NCBI GenBank assembly: GCA_046350735.1
Contig: JAXLZU010000001.1
Coordinates: 493,767 to 557,766 of the forward strand
DNA length: 64,000 nucleotides
Reading direction: 5' to 3'
Source: Candidatus Saccharimonadota bacterium
Lineage (GTDB): Bacteria; Patescibacteriota; Saccharimonadia; CAILAD01; BJGX01
Program-made: the position numbers and the translations under genes
Shown: positions 55,805 through 64,000 of the stretch, in pieces
Layout: every line of letters begins with the position of its first letter
Numbering within the stretch: position 1 is the stretch's first letter
Notes under the pieces: model-generated
Databases searched by the model: none
What the model saw: the letters and a program-made list of their open reading frames with translations, nothing else
What the model was told of the DNA's origin: nothing

Positions 55805-57781
55805 TTAGTTTCTTGGTGTAGAAAAGTACCACTTAAGGATTTCTTTGGTTGTTGGTACAGCAAATTCAGCACCCTCACCAGAGTTTTCTATTAGAACAAC
55901 GGTAACTATCTTGGGGTTGTTAGCAGGTGCATAGGCGGTAAACCAAGCGTGTGGCTTAGTAATAGGATTCTTACCGTCAAAACCTTGCGAGCTAGTTTCT
56001 GCAGTGCCAGTCTTGCCGGCTACTGGTACCGGTACCTCTCGCTTCATACTACAACACGCTGTACCAGATGCTACTACACCTTCCATACCAGCCCGCACTA
56101 CCGCCAAACTTGCGGGTGAAGCAATATTTGCAGTCTGTACTACTGGGTCTAGAGTGCGTACCACCTGACCCTGTGCATCTTTAACCGCCATAGCAAAGTG
56201 TGGCTGATACAGTGTGCCGCCATTTGCTACAGCTGCAGTTGCCATTGCTAGCTGAAGAGGAGTTACACGAATATCTCCCTGGCCGATAGAAATATTGTAT
56301 GTATCGCCAACAAACCAAGGGTCGGTAGAATATTTTTTCTTGGCATCTGGCGTGGGTACAAATCCAGAAGACTGATCGCCAATATCCGCTTTTAGGCTAG
56401 TACCAAAGCCAAACTTTTTATACCAATTAGTTAGCTTAGTTGGTCCAAGACCAGTAAAACTTTCAAAGCCACCGCCCACCATATAATAGAAAATATCAGA
56501 GCTCCAGGTAAGTGCCCTTACTACATTTACTGGCCCTAAGCCCCCGGGCTCCCATCCCTTAAAGGTATACACAATGCTTGGGTCGTACTGGTTTTTAACA
56601 TCAAGCTTACCGTTATCGACTAGAGTTGTATTGGCATTAATTACACCTTCTTCTAGTCCTGCAGTAGAAATAAATGGCTTAATAGTTGAGCCAATAGGGT
56701 ATCCGCCCGATGCTACACGATTAAATAATGGCTTAGATGGATCATTTAGTAGTGCATTATATTCGCTCTGGCTAATACCTTTGGCAAATAAATTACCATC
56801 ATAGCTTGGATAATTAACAGCCGCTAATACTTGTCCGTTGCGCGGATCTACCGCTACCGCAGCACCGCCTTTTGAACCAGCTCGTTCTACCGCTGCCTTT
56901 AGCTGTGCGGCCATTTGGTCTTGCAAACCTTTATCGATACTTAATACTAGGTTATTACCAGCCACTGGATCTTGCTTGGCCAAATATCGTACGGGTGTAC
57001 CAGTAGCATCTACCTCAACCTGTTCCTTACCATACTGACCCCTCAGATCAGTCTCGTAAAACTTCTCGAGACCAGTTTTGCCAATTGTATCGATAGGGCG
57101 ATAACTTGGGTTAGATGCCCATTCTTCTTGAGAAATTCGACCAGTATAACCAAGAAAGGGTGCCAGTGTACCACCATCGAGATATTGCCGTGATGGGTTT
57201 ACTTCTACACTAAAGCCGTTAAGTCTTGCAGCCGCTTCCTCGGTATTGAGTGCAACATCACGACTAACATTTTCAGCAATAACTATGGGCTGTGAATTTT
57301 TTAACCCCTTCTTTTCGACTATTTGCTGAACCTCGGTAGGAGATTTTGCTAATATTCCTCCCAAGATTTGATATGCTGTGGCTCTATCAGTCTTATTTGT
57401 ACTTACTTGGCTAGGAATAACAACAATGTCAAATCTCGCATCATTGCGAACCAACAAGACACCATTACGATCGTACATAGCACCTCTTGGAGCAGGTATA
57501 TCAGAAATTCGTACCCTATTGCTACTTGCCAGCAATGAATGCTGTTGTCCAGTTAAAATCTGCAAATACCCTAATCGTAATACCAAAACAGATGAAACCA
57601 ACATAAGTAAAACAACCATCACCCAGAAAAACGACATTCGTACTGGTTCTTCGAGTTGAATTTTTTCTGAGCTGCCCGCCAAGATTGCCGCCGACCAGTC
57701 TTCGCTCTTCTGAACACGCTGCTCTTTTTTTGAGAACCGAAACTCTATTGCTCTGTCATAGAATTCTCCGAATATATTCAT
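55805..57781 (-). CDS. mrdA: Penicillin-binding protein 2 (elongasome transpeptidase)
   Basis: TM anchor; dimerisation domain; transpeptidase SxxK (STIKPF), SxN and KTG(T) motifs. Probable start near MNIFGEF; the track start is an upstream GTG overlapping mreD. Confidence 0.85.
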   Translation of the reverse strand: MNIFGEFYDRAIEFRFSKKEQRVQKSEDWSAAILAGSSEKIQLEEPVRMSFFWVMVVLLMLVSSVLVLRLGYLQILTGQQHSLLASSNRVRISDIPAPRGAMYDRNGVLLVRNDARFDIVVIPSQVSTNKTDRATAYQILGGILAKSPTEVQQIVEKKGLKNSQPIVIAENVSRDVALNTEEAAARLNGFSVEVNPSRQYLDGGTLAPFLGYTGRISQEEWASNPSYRPIDTIGKTGLEKFYETDLRGQYGKEQVEVDATGTPVRYLAKQDPVAGNNLVLSIDKGLQDQMAAQLKAAVERAGSKGGAAVAVDPRNGQVLAAVNYPSYDGNLFAKGISQSEYNALLNDPSKPLFNRVASGGYPIGSTIKPFISTAGLEEGVINANTTLVDNGKLDVKNQYDPSIVYTFKGWEPGGLGPVNVVRALTWSSDIFYYMVGGGFESFTGLGPTKLTNWYKKFGFGTSLKADIGDQSSGFVPTPDAKKKYSTDPWFVGDTYNISIGQGDIRVTPLQLAMATAAVANGGTLYQPHFAMAVKDAQGQVVRTLDPVVQTANIASPASLAVVRAGMEGVVASGTACCSMKREVPVPVAGKTGTAETSSQGFDGKNPITKPHAWFTAYAPANNPKIVTVVLIENSGEGAEFAVPTTKEILKWYFSTPRN

Positions 57782-57785
57782 ATAA

Positions 57786-58289
57786 TTAGCCTCGCAACCA
57801 ACGTTTTTTAGCTTGCCCACTCGACTGATACGTTTGTAGCCACATTGCCGCCATATATAACAGAGCACCTGCTAGTAGGGTCAATATTACCTGAGTTATG
57901 CCATTAGCTAGATACACACTAAGCTGTCGAAATTGTTCTGCCGAGAATACCATTACGAGTTGAATAAATACATATAGGATCTCCAAAAGACCAAGTGTTA
58001 TCATTACATTCCAAAATCCAACTGCTCGTTCTCCAAGACGTAAGACATACTTAGCCGTAAGTGAAGCAAATAGCAGAAATAATATATTAAATCCAAAAAA
58101 AGTGCCAGAATGTATGTCTAGTAATAACCCACTTATTATAGCAATTGGCGCTACATCTGAAGCTCGTAGCTGCAATGTAGATACAACAATAACTGCCAAA
58201 ACGAGATTAAAAGTAAAATTACCCCCAAGCAGGGTTACCTGAAGCAAAACTGCTGTTAAAGCTGCCAGATAAAAAACTACTAATTTCAC
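57786..58289 (-). CDS. mreD: Rod shape-determining protein MreD
   Basis: 167 aa polytopic membrane protein between mreC and mrdA in the conserved order. Confidence 0.6.
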   Translation of the reverse strand: MKLVVFYLAALTAVLLQVTLLGGNFTFNLVLAVIVVSTLQLRASDVAPIAIISGLLLDIHSGTFFGFNILFLLFASLTAKYVLRLGERAVGFWNVMITLGLLEILYVFIQLVMVFSAEQFRQLSVYLANGITQVILTLLAGALLYMAAMWLQTYQSSGQAKKRWLRG

Positions 58290-59089
58290 TGCTTGAGACC
58301 TGTTACCACAAACACAAGTTCGAGGGTGTTTAGATTAACTAAAGGTTTTAAATTGGCGCTTTGAAACACTGCATTATCTGCTTTTGTAACTGCTTCTACC
58401 TGGCCTATTAGAATGCCCTGGGGCACCAAACCAGAGCCCGCCGAAACAATCTGTTCTCCCTGCGTAACCACCTCTCCCTGGGCTACATCTTCAAAACTAT
58501 AGCCCTGTCCAATTTGGCCACGTACTATTCCCTGAGCTCTACCATCCTGACCAATTGCTCGAATACGAAATTCTGGGTCGCTTACCAAAAAGACTTTGCT
58601 ACTATAATCATTTACCTGATAAATAGTACCAACTAAGACCCCACTACTAATTACAGCCTGACCTACTTGCACGCCACTACTACTTCCTCTATCGATTGTA
58701 ATAAACCGCCGGCTGTCATCTGGCTCTGTACTTACAACTCTAGCTGGCAATAACTGCAAGTTAAGACGCGAGTTGAAGTTAAGTTGCGCACGCAAGAGTT
58801 CATTCTCGTGCCCAACTTCTTTGAGGGCCGAGAGTTGATTGCGCAAGTCGAGCACCTCGCCTTGCAAGCTCTTATTATCTTCACCCAAATGAGAGATAGA
58901 ACCCAAAAAACTAAACTCATCGGTAATAGCATTGCGCACACTTATCAAGCGAGAACCAATAGGGTTAAATACCTGGTCGTGCACTAAGCGAAACGGCCAA
59001 CCAATACCGGCAGCATTAATAACAATAATAATAAGTGCAACTGCTGCAGCTATGCCGACAAATAGTATCGATCGGTTCTTCATACCCAC
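58286..59089 (-). CDS. mreC: Rod shape-determining protein MreC
   Basis: N-terminal TM; coiled-coil (LQGEVLDLRNQLSALKE); two beta-barrel domains. Confidence 0.8.
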   Translation of the reverse strand: MGMKNRSILFVGIAAAVALIIIVINAAGIGWPFRLVHDQVFNPIGSRLISVRNAITDEFSFLGSISHLGEDNKSLQGEVLDLRNQLSALKEVGHENELLRAQLNFNSRLNLQLLPARVVSTEPDDSRRFITIDRGSSSGVQVGQAVISSGVLVGTIYQVNDYSSKVFLVSDPEFRIRAIGQDGRAQGIVRGQIGQGYSFEDVAQGEVVTQGEQIVSAGSGLVPQGILIGQVEAVTKADNAVFQSANLKPLVNLNTLELVFVVTGLKQ

Positions 59090-59098
59090 CCCCTCCGC

Positions 59099-60151
59099 TT
59101 AATGTGGTACTTTTTCGTACTGCGTACTTACCAACACATCTTTTAGACTATCTAGATCTTCGAGTACCATACCCGTACCGCGCACCACAGCAGTTAGTGG
59201 ATCGTCAGCAATATGCACTGGCATTTTGGTCTGGGCAGCCAAGAGTACATCTAGTCCACGTAATAATGCACCCCCACCAGCAAGATAAATTCCTTTGTCC
59301 ATAATATCTGCTAGTAACTCTGGTGGTGTTTCTTCGATAGTGTGTTTTACAGCATCTACAATAGCTCGCACAGACCGAGACAATGCCTTTCTTGTTTGAT
59401 CAGAATTGATAGTCATTTCTTTGGGTAACCCGGTTATCATATCACGCCCTCTAATAGGGGCCTCGAGCATCTTACTAAGCTTGGCAGCCGAGCCAATATT
59501 TATTTTTATGGTTTCGGCAGTACGCTCGCCTATTTGCAAGCTAAATTCTTCTTTTGCATAAGCAATAACATCATCGGTAAGTTCGTCCCCAGCAATTCTT
59601 ACCGAACGAGATGAGACAATTCCACCTAAGGAAATCACCGCTACTTCTGAAGTACCGCCACCAATATCTACAATCATACTGCCTGCAGCATCATGTACGG
59701 GCAAGCCTGTACCCACAGCTGCTGCCATAGGCTCTTCTATTAAAAAGGCCTGGCGAGCACCGGCATTCATAGCGGCTTCTTCTACGGCACGCTTTTCTAC
59801 CTCGGTAACACCAGAAGGAATACCTACCACCACGCGCGGACGCGGAAAGAGTACAAAACTTTCTTTGTGCACCTTCTCGATAAAATACTTTAACATCTGC
59901 TCGGTTATCTCAAAGTCAGATACCACACCATCTACCAATGGACGTGTAGCCACAATATTAGCCGGAGTTTTACCAACCATCCGCTTGGCCTCGTCGCCAA
60001 TGGCTAAAATCTGCTTATTTTTGGTGTTAATTGCTACCACTGAGGGCTCGTTAATAACGATGCCTTTACCACGCACGTACACTAAAGTATTGGCCGTACC
60101 AAGGTCAATACCAATATCATGACTAAAATTACCCAGAAGCTGTTGTATCAT
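59099..60151 (-). CDS. mreB: Rod shape-determining protein MreB
   Basis: IGIDLGTANTLVYVRGKGIV and DIGGGTSEVAVISLGG actin-fold motifs; heads the mreBCD-mrdA operon. Confidence 0.9.
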   Translation of the reverse strand: MIQQLLGNFSHDIGIDLGTANTLVYVRGKGIVINEPSVVAINTKNKQILAIGDEAKRMVGKTPANIVATRPLVDGVVSDFEITEQMLKYFIEKVHKESFVLFPRPRVVVGIPSGVTEVEKRAVEEAAMNAGARQAFLIEEPMAAAVGTGLPVHDAAGSMIVDIGGGTSEVAVISLGGIVSSRSVRIAGDELTDDVIAYAKEEFSLQIGERTAETIKINIGSAAKLSKMLEAPIRGRDMITGLPKEMTINSDQTRKALSRSVRAIVDAVKHTIEETPPELLADIMDKGIYLAGGGALLRGLDVLLAAQTKMPVHIADDPLTAVVRGTGMVLEDLDSLKDVLVSTQYEKVPH

Positions 60152-60245
60152 CTCTATTTAGTGTAACAAATCTTAGCCATCTGTTGCTAGGGTAAATGTA
60201 AGAATAATAAAAAACTGCTAGCCATTCGCTAGCAGTACTAACTTT

Positions 60246-60485
60246 TTATCTTAAAAAGAGTGCTCTCCTCACATTGTCCTTTGCTACATTAAAAGGTACC
60301 TGCTTATCTTTCTCTTGCTCCCAAAGCTCCCACTCTCTATTAATACGTTCTTCATCTCTTACATCGGCAAAGGTTAGGCAGCGATTGCAGCGTTTGGCAG
60401 TAAAAAACATTGAAGACTCGACGTACCATTGATGAAAACCAAGTTTACAAAGTAATGGCTTTTTTACTGTTTCTTCAACAGCCAT
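60246..60485 (-). CDS. Small hypothetical protein with possible Cys/His metal-binding motif
   Basis: 79 aa; C-x4-H...C-x2-C spacing (CKLGFHQW...CNRC). Confidence 0.35.
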   Translation of the reverse strand: MAVEETVKKPLLCKLGFHQWYVESSMFFTAKRCNRCLTFADVRDEERINREWELWEQEKDKQVPFNVAKDNVRRALFLR

Positions 60486-60558
60486 TCTAACCCCCTTTAG
60501 GAGAGGTGAGGTTCTTATTAATAATAGGTATCAAACCCTAATTAGTCAACCTAACTAT

Positions 60559-61317
60559 TTAATGTAGCCAGCCTGCAATTATCGAGAAGGCAATAAGATT
60601 ATTGAGGACGTGCAATAGCATACTTGGAATAACACTTTTTAGACGCAGACGGATAATTGCCAAAATGATTGCCAAGATAAACGTATAAATCACCACGTTG
60701 GGCTGAAAGTGCAATAATGCAAAAAGTAAACTGGTTAGAAAAATACCAAAAAACGTACCAAATCTGCGCATTAATACCGGCAAAATTAGGCCTCTAAAAT
60801 ACAATTCTTCTACAAATGGCGCTACAATTACCGCCGCCGCAAAACTTAGCCACAAACCAACCCCGCTACTACCGTACGTAAGTGCATTACTCTGGGCCTG
60901 GTCAGCATTAAAACTCGGCACTAGCCAGACCACCAGACTAAAAATTAGGATTACACTTGTCGTTAATATAAGTAACCCGCCAACTACAAATAGTAAAAAC
61001 CGCCACCAAGAGAAGCCATTTAGACCAAGGGTTTGGCGTGATGCATGATATTTTTTTACCAGCCAAAACAACAACCCAAACTCGGTGGCTAGGGTTGCCA
61101 AGTCTATAATTGCTTCAACCAGTTGTTTGTTATTAATTACGCTCAATACTTGCGTAGGCAATACTAGGTGCTTTAGTCCAAACCAAACTACAGCCAGGAA
61201 TACTGGTACAAATATAGTTACCCCCAATACAATACCAATATCACGTATACGCCAAGGCACTTCTGGCTTTGGTAACCAAGGTTGTCTTTTGGGTTTAACT
61301 GGCACCTCGGCCTGCAT
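60559..61317 (-). CDS. CPBP-family intramembrane glutamic endopeptidase (CAAX protease/Abi-like)
   Basis: EELYFRG (EExxxR), FALLHF (FxxxH) and HVLNN motifs in a multi-TM scaffold. Confidence 0.7.
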   Translation of the reverse strand: MQAEVPVKPKRQPWLPKPEVPWRIRDIGIVLGVTIFVPVFLAVVWFGLKHLVLPTQVLSVINNKQLVEAIIDLATLATEFGLLFWLVKKYHASRQTLGLNGFSWWRFLLFVVGGLLILTTSVILIFSLVVWLVPSFNADQAQSNALTYGSSGVGLWLSFAAAVIVAPFVEELYFRGLILPVLMRRFGTFFGIFLTSLLFALLHFQPNVVIYTFILAIILAIIRLRLKSVIPSMLLHVLNNLIAFSIIAGWLH

Positions 61318-61319
61318 GG

Positions 61320-62402
61320 CTAAAACAACTTGCGTATATCAGAAACTGATACGATTATCATCAGACCAATAAGAGCTACAAAGCCAATAATATGCACCAC
61401 ATTTTCGCGCTCGGGCGAAATCTTAACACCTAGTTTGCGCAAAATCATCATAAATTCTCTCCCACCATCCAAAGCAGGAAGTGGTAATGCATTTATAACT
61501 GCTAGACTAAGAGAGATAGAGGCAATAAACAGCCAAATATATGTAGAGCCAAAGCGTACAATTTGCGAGAAAAGACTAACTATACCAATTGGCCCAGCTA
61601 CACCGTCACTTACTTTGGCATGAGTAAAGAGACCAAGTATGAGATTGCCAAAAACAGCAAGAGTGGCTACTACTAGCTCTAACATTAGTACAAATGCAGC
61701 AAATGGTGCCGCCCACCAGCTGTAACGAGTTATTTGTATAGGCTCGGCAACCAAGCCAAGCACCCCAGCATTTTCGTCTCTACCCAATACCACCGTCTTA
61801 GTTTGCGTATCTCTGCCATGACTATATACCAACACTGTACTTTGGCCTGCATGCGACTTAGTATAGTTACGTAAATCAGTACTATTCGTAAACGACTGAC
61901 CATCAACAGAAATTAGCTTATCTCCCTCTACTATACCGGCACTTTGAGCTGCCGAGTTTTTACTTACATTAAAGACTGTCAGGCCAGTAGAGGTTTCGGT
62001 AATAGGTTTAACCGGGCCAAATGAAGGTAAATTTTGAATAATTGGTGGCACACCTACAATTAAAAGAGCGGTAAAAATAATATAGGCAATAAGAAAATTT
62101 ACCGTTACACCAGCCATAACAATACGTGTTTTTTGCCAAAAACCCTTAGAATTAAAACTCTTGGGGCCGGTCTGGGCGTCATCCTCACCAAAGAGCCGCA
62201 CAAACCCACCAATAGGAAACAGATTTATGCTATAGCGAGTATCGCCCTTTTTAACAGACCAAATACGTGGCGGAAAACCAATACCAAACTCTAAAACACG
62301 CACACCCTCTCTACGCGCCACTAAAAAATGCCCGAGCTCATGGGCAATAACTAACAAAGAAAAAATGATAATTACGCCAAGTATAACTGGTAACCAGCTC
62401 AT
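61320..62402 (-). CDS. rseP: Site-2 protease RseP (zinc metalloprotease with PDZ domain)
   Basis: HELGHFLVARREG HExxH in TM1; PDZ (AGIVEGDKLISVDG); LDGG motif in the C-terminal TM. Confidence 0.85.
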   Translation of the reverse strand: MSWLPVILGVIIIFSLLVIAHELGHFLVARREGVRVLEFGIGFPPRIWSVKKGDTRYSINLFPIGGFVRLFGEDDAQTGPKSFNSKGFWQKTRIVMAGVTVNFLIAYIIFTALLIVGVPPIIQNLPSFGPVKPITETSTGLTVFNVSKNSAAQSAGIVEGDKLISVDGQSFTNSTDLRNYTKSHAGQSTVLVYSHGRDTQTKTVVLGRDENAGVLGLVAEPIQITRYSWWAAPFAAFVLMLELVVATLAVFGNLILGLFTHAKVSDGVAGPIGIVSLFSQIVRFGSTYIWLFIASISLSLAVINALPLPALDGGREFMMILRKLGVKISPERENVVHIIGFVALIGLMIIVSVSDIRKLF

Positions 62403-63094
62403 TTACCAAACCTTCTACCACGATTAGCATAGTCAGTTAAGACGGCATCTAGTCGAGTCTCGTCAAACTCCGGCCAAAACTCATCTACAAAAGCAAACTC
62501 AGAATATGCACTTTGCCATAGTAAAAAATTACTTAGACGTTTTTCGCCACTTGTACGAACAATTAAGTCTGGAGCCGGCACTTCGGGACAATACAAATGT
62601 TTAGTAATAACTTCGTCATTAATATCATCGGGATGAATATTTTCTCGCACAATTGCGCGTAGTGAGTCTACAATTTCTTGCCGTCCACCATAGTTAAAAC
62701 ATGCCAAAAATGTACCGGCAGTATTATTTTTAGTTAGCTCTTCAGCTTCTTCTATAGCAGCTTTTAATTTATCGCTTATTTTTTCTCTGCTACCTACAAT
62801 ACGCAAACGTACATTTTTTTTGTGTAATTCTTTGGCATCTTTGAGTACTACCTTGAGAGCCATCTTCATCAATATTCCCACCTCATCACTAGCACGTTGC
62901 CAGTTTTCGCTAGAAAACACAAAGGCCGAAAAATAGGGAATATTTCTATCAAAACATGCCTGAGCTACTACACGTAACTGCTCATAACCCCGCTTGTATG
63001 CTTGGTTAATAGAAAAGCCATTGGCCTTAGCCCAACGCCGATTGCCGTCTGGAATAAATGCAATATGCTGCAGTTGGTGGTTAGAATCGGCCAT
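62399..63094 (-). CDS. uppS: Undecaprenyl diphosphate synthase
   Basis: HIAFIPDGNRRWAK and the cis-prenyltransferase motifs. Confidence 0.9.
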   Translation of the reverse strand: MADSNHQLQHIAFIPDGNRRWAKANGFSINQAYKRGYEQLRVVAQACFDRNIPYFSAFVFSSENWQRASDEVGILMKMALKVVLKDAKELHKKNVRLRIVGSREKISDKLKAAIEEAEELTKNNTAGTFLACFNYGGRQEIVDSLRAIVRENIHPDDINDEVITKHLYCPEVPAPDLIVRTSGEKRLSNFLLWQSAYSEFAFVDEFWPEFDETRLDAVLTDYANRGRRFGK

Positions 63095-63099
63095 ATATA

Positions 63100-63660
63100 T
63101 TAGGTTTGCAGTAGTTCAGCTTCTTTTTCTTTAGAAATCTCACTCACCTGTGCTTGATATGAATCAATTAGGCTATTGAGATCTTTTTCTAAGCTCGTTA
63201 CATCGTCTTCGGTAAGTTTTTTTGCCTTGGCAGCAGACTTACCATCATTGAGAGCCTCATGTCGAGCATTGCGTAGTGAAATATTACATTCTTCACTCTT
63301 CTGATGCAACACTTTCACCATCTGAGTGCGGGTTTCTTCGCTCATTGGCGGCACGTTAATACGAATAACATGACCATCGTTATTGGGCGTAAATGCCATG
63401 GTTGGGTTTTCTGAAATAGCTTTTTCTATAGCTGCCAGGTTACTGGCATCCCATGGCTGAATTTGCAGTGTCTTAGCATCTGGAGTAGACACATTGGCTA
63501 TTGCTTTTAGCACCATTTCTTGGCCATATACATTTACTTTTAGTCCATCTATCATTGCAGCATTTGCTCGACCAGATCGAAGCCCAGCCAACTCATTGGT
63601 AAAATGATCAATTGATGCTTTCATTTTGGTTTCGGCAGATTTGAGATATTCTTGATTCAT
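63100..63660 (-). CDS. frr: Ribosome recycling factor
   Basis: 186 aa; ...FTNELAGLRSGRANAAMIDGLKVNVYG... signature. Confidence 0.9.
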   Translation of the reverse strand: MNQEYLKSAETKMKASIDHFTNELAGLRSGRANAAMIDGLKVNVYGQEMVLKAIANVSTPDAKTLQIQPWDASNLAAIEKAISENPTMAFTPNNDGHVIRINVPPMSEETRTQMVKVLHQKSEECNISLRNARHEALNDGKSAAKAKKLTEDDVTSLEKDLNSLIDSYQAQVSEISKEKEAELLQT

Positions 63661-63731
63661 ATGCTTGGTATTATACCGAAAAGTAAAAACTATAGCTAGC
63701 TTTTAGCCAGTATCAAATCTATAGTAATGTT

Positions 63732-64000
63732 ATGACAAAAGTATCCAAACGACAGTGGCAACAACAGCTAGTAAATTTAGGAAAAACTACTGATGGTCTT
63801 GGGCTTGGTATAGACCCAGGCATTATTGAACTAGTTGCAGGTCTCAATTTGATAGGAGTAAATACAACAGCTTCTTGCGAAGGTCATCTTGACTGGGGTC
63901 TACCATATCCGTGGATTGACATAGAGGGCATTGGTGCTTTTGAGCTTAATGAAAAGATGCAAAAAGTTAAGGCTGACTCTAATGATCATAAAGCATTGAT
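63732..64000 (+). CDS. Partial CDS, hypothetical protein (runs off the window end)
   Basis: ATG at 63732 opens MTKVSKRQWQQQLVNLGKTTDGLGLGIDPG... with no stop before position 64000. Confidence 0.3.
   Translation, partial: MTKVSKRQWQQQLVNLGKTTDGLGLGIDPGIIELVAGLNLIGVNTTASCEGHLDWGLPYPWIDIEGIGAFELNEKMQKVKADSNDHKAL

Noticed and set aside
57776-57785. Possible one-base discrepancy between my manual back-translation and the ORF-track protein at the mrdA N-terminus (...ANYMNIF)
   Set aside because: Both ends of the ORF are in frame with the printed coordinates, so the most likely explanation is my own mis-reading at a line junction; not reported as a frameshift.
1-64000. CRISPR arrays, IS elements, integrases or phage structural genes
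   Set aside because: No regularly spaced direct repeats, no transposase/integrase-like ORFs and no recognisable phage proteins were seen on either strand.

Overview
This 64 kb window is gene-dense, low-to-moderate GC, and dominated by housekeeping genes typical of a small-genome bacterium with a Gram-positive-type envelope. The mix of class I LysRS, a short archaeal-type AspRS, a sortase with an LPXTG substrate, PcsB-like-FtsEX, MreBCD-PBP2 and sparse metabolism fits a Candidate Phyla Radiation / Saccharibacteria-like organism; this is inference only.

Recognisable content, in order:
- Translation, segregation and wall genes: pth, der, a D-Ala-D-Ala carboxypeptidase, an rRNA pseudouridine synthase, scpB-scpA, aspS.
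- A two-component system, then an FNR-like flavoprotein, a COG0523 metallochaperone GTPase and a membrane-anchored cupredoxin.
- nrdA-nrdB with candidate NrdR boxes upstream, a LOG/NDT-like::NUDIX fusion, gltX, and a zinc-ribbon membrane protein.
- A glycan cluster (WecG/TagA-like glycosyltransferase, GT4, O-antigen-ligase-like) ending in an MreB paralogue.
- A PEGA protein, a sortase, tRNA-Leu(CAA), xseB-xseA, a UPF0104 membrane protein, an RNA methyltransferase, rpmA and pyrG.
- A CtpA / PcsB-like / FtsX / FtsE module, prfB, and an LPXTG surface protein.
- An FKBP, secA, hpf, serS, class I lysK, greA, mrdA-mreD-mreC-mreB, a CPBP protease, rseP, uppS and frr.

The most unusual region is 41.3-48.5 kb, a co-directional minus-strand run of seven uncharacterised genes between the LPXTG gene and the FKBP/secA genes.
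- Its first four genes (41357-45618) are conspicuously GC-rich and Ala/Pro/Gly/Arg-biased, and they use CCG for proline where native genes use CCA/CCT.
- Each of those four is followed by its own GC-clamped hairpin plus T-tract terminator.
- The encoded proteins are a disulfide/Pro-rich secreted protein, a coiled-coil two-TM protein with an Ala/Pro tail, two acidic proteins, a coiled-coil protein with Gly-zipper TM segments, and a small Cys-rich secreted protein.
- No known family was recognised. It is a candidate horizontally acquired or novel cell-surface/host-interaction module, but function cannot be assigned from sequence alone.
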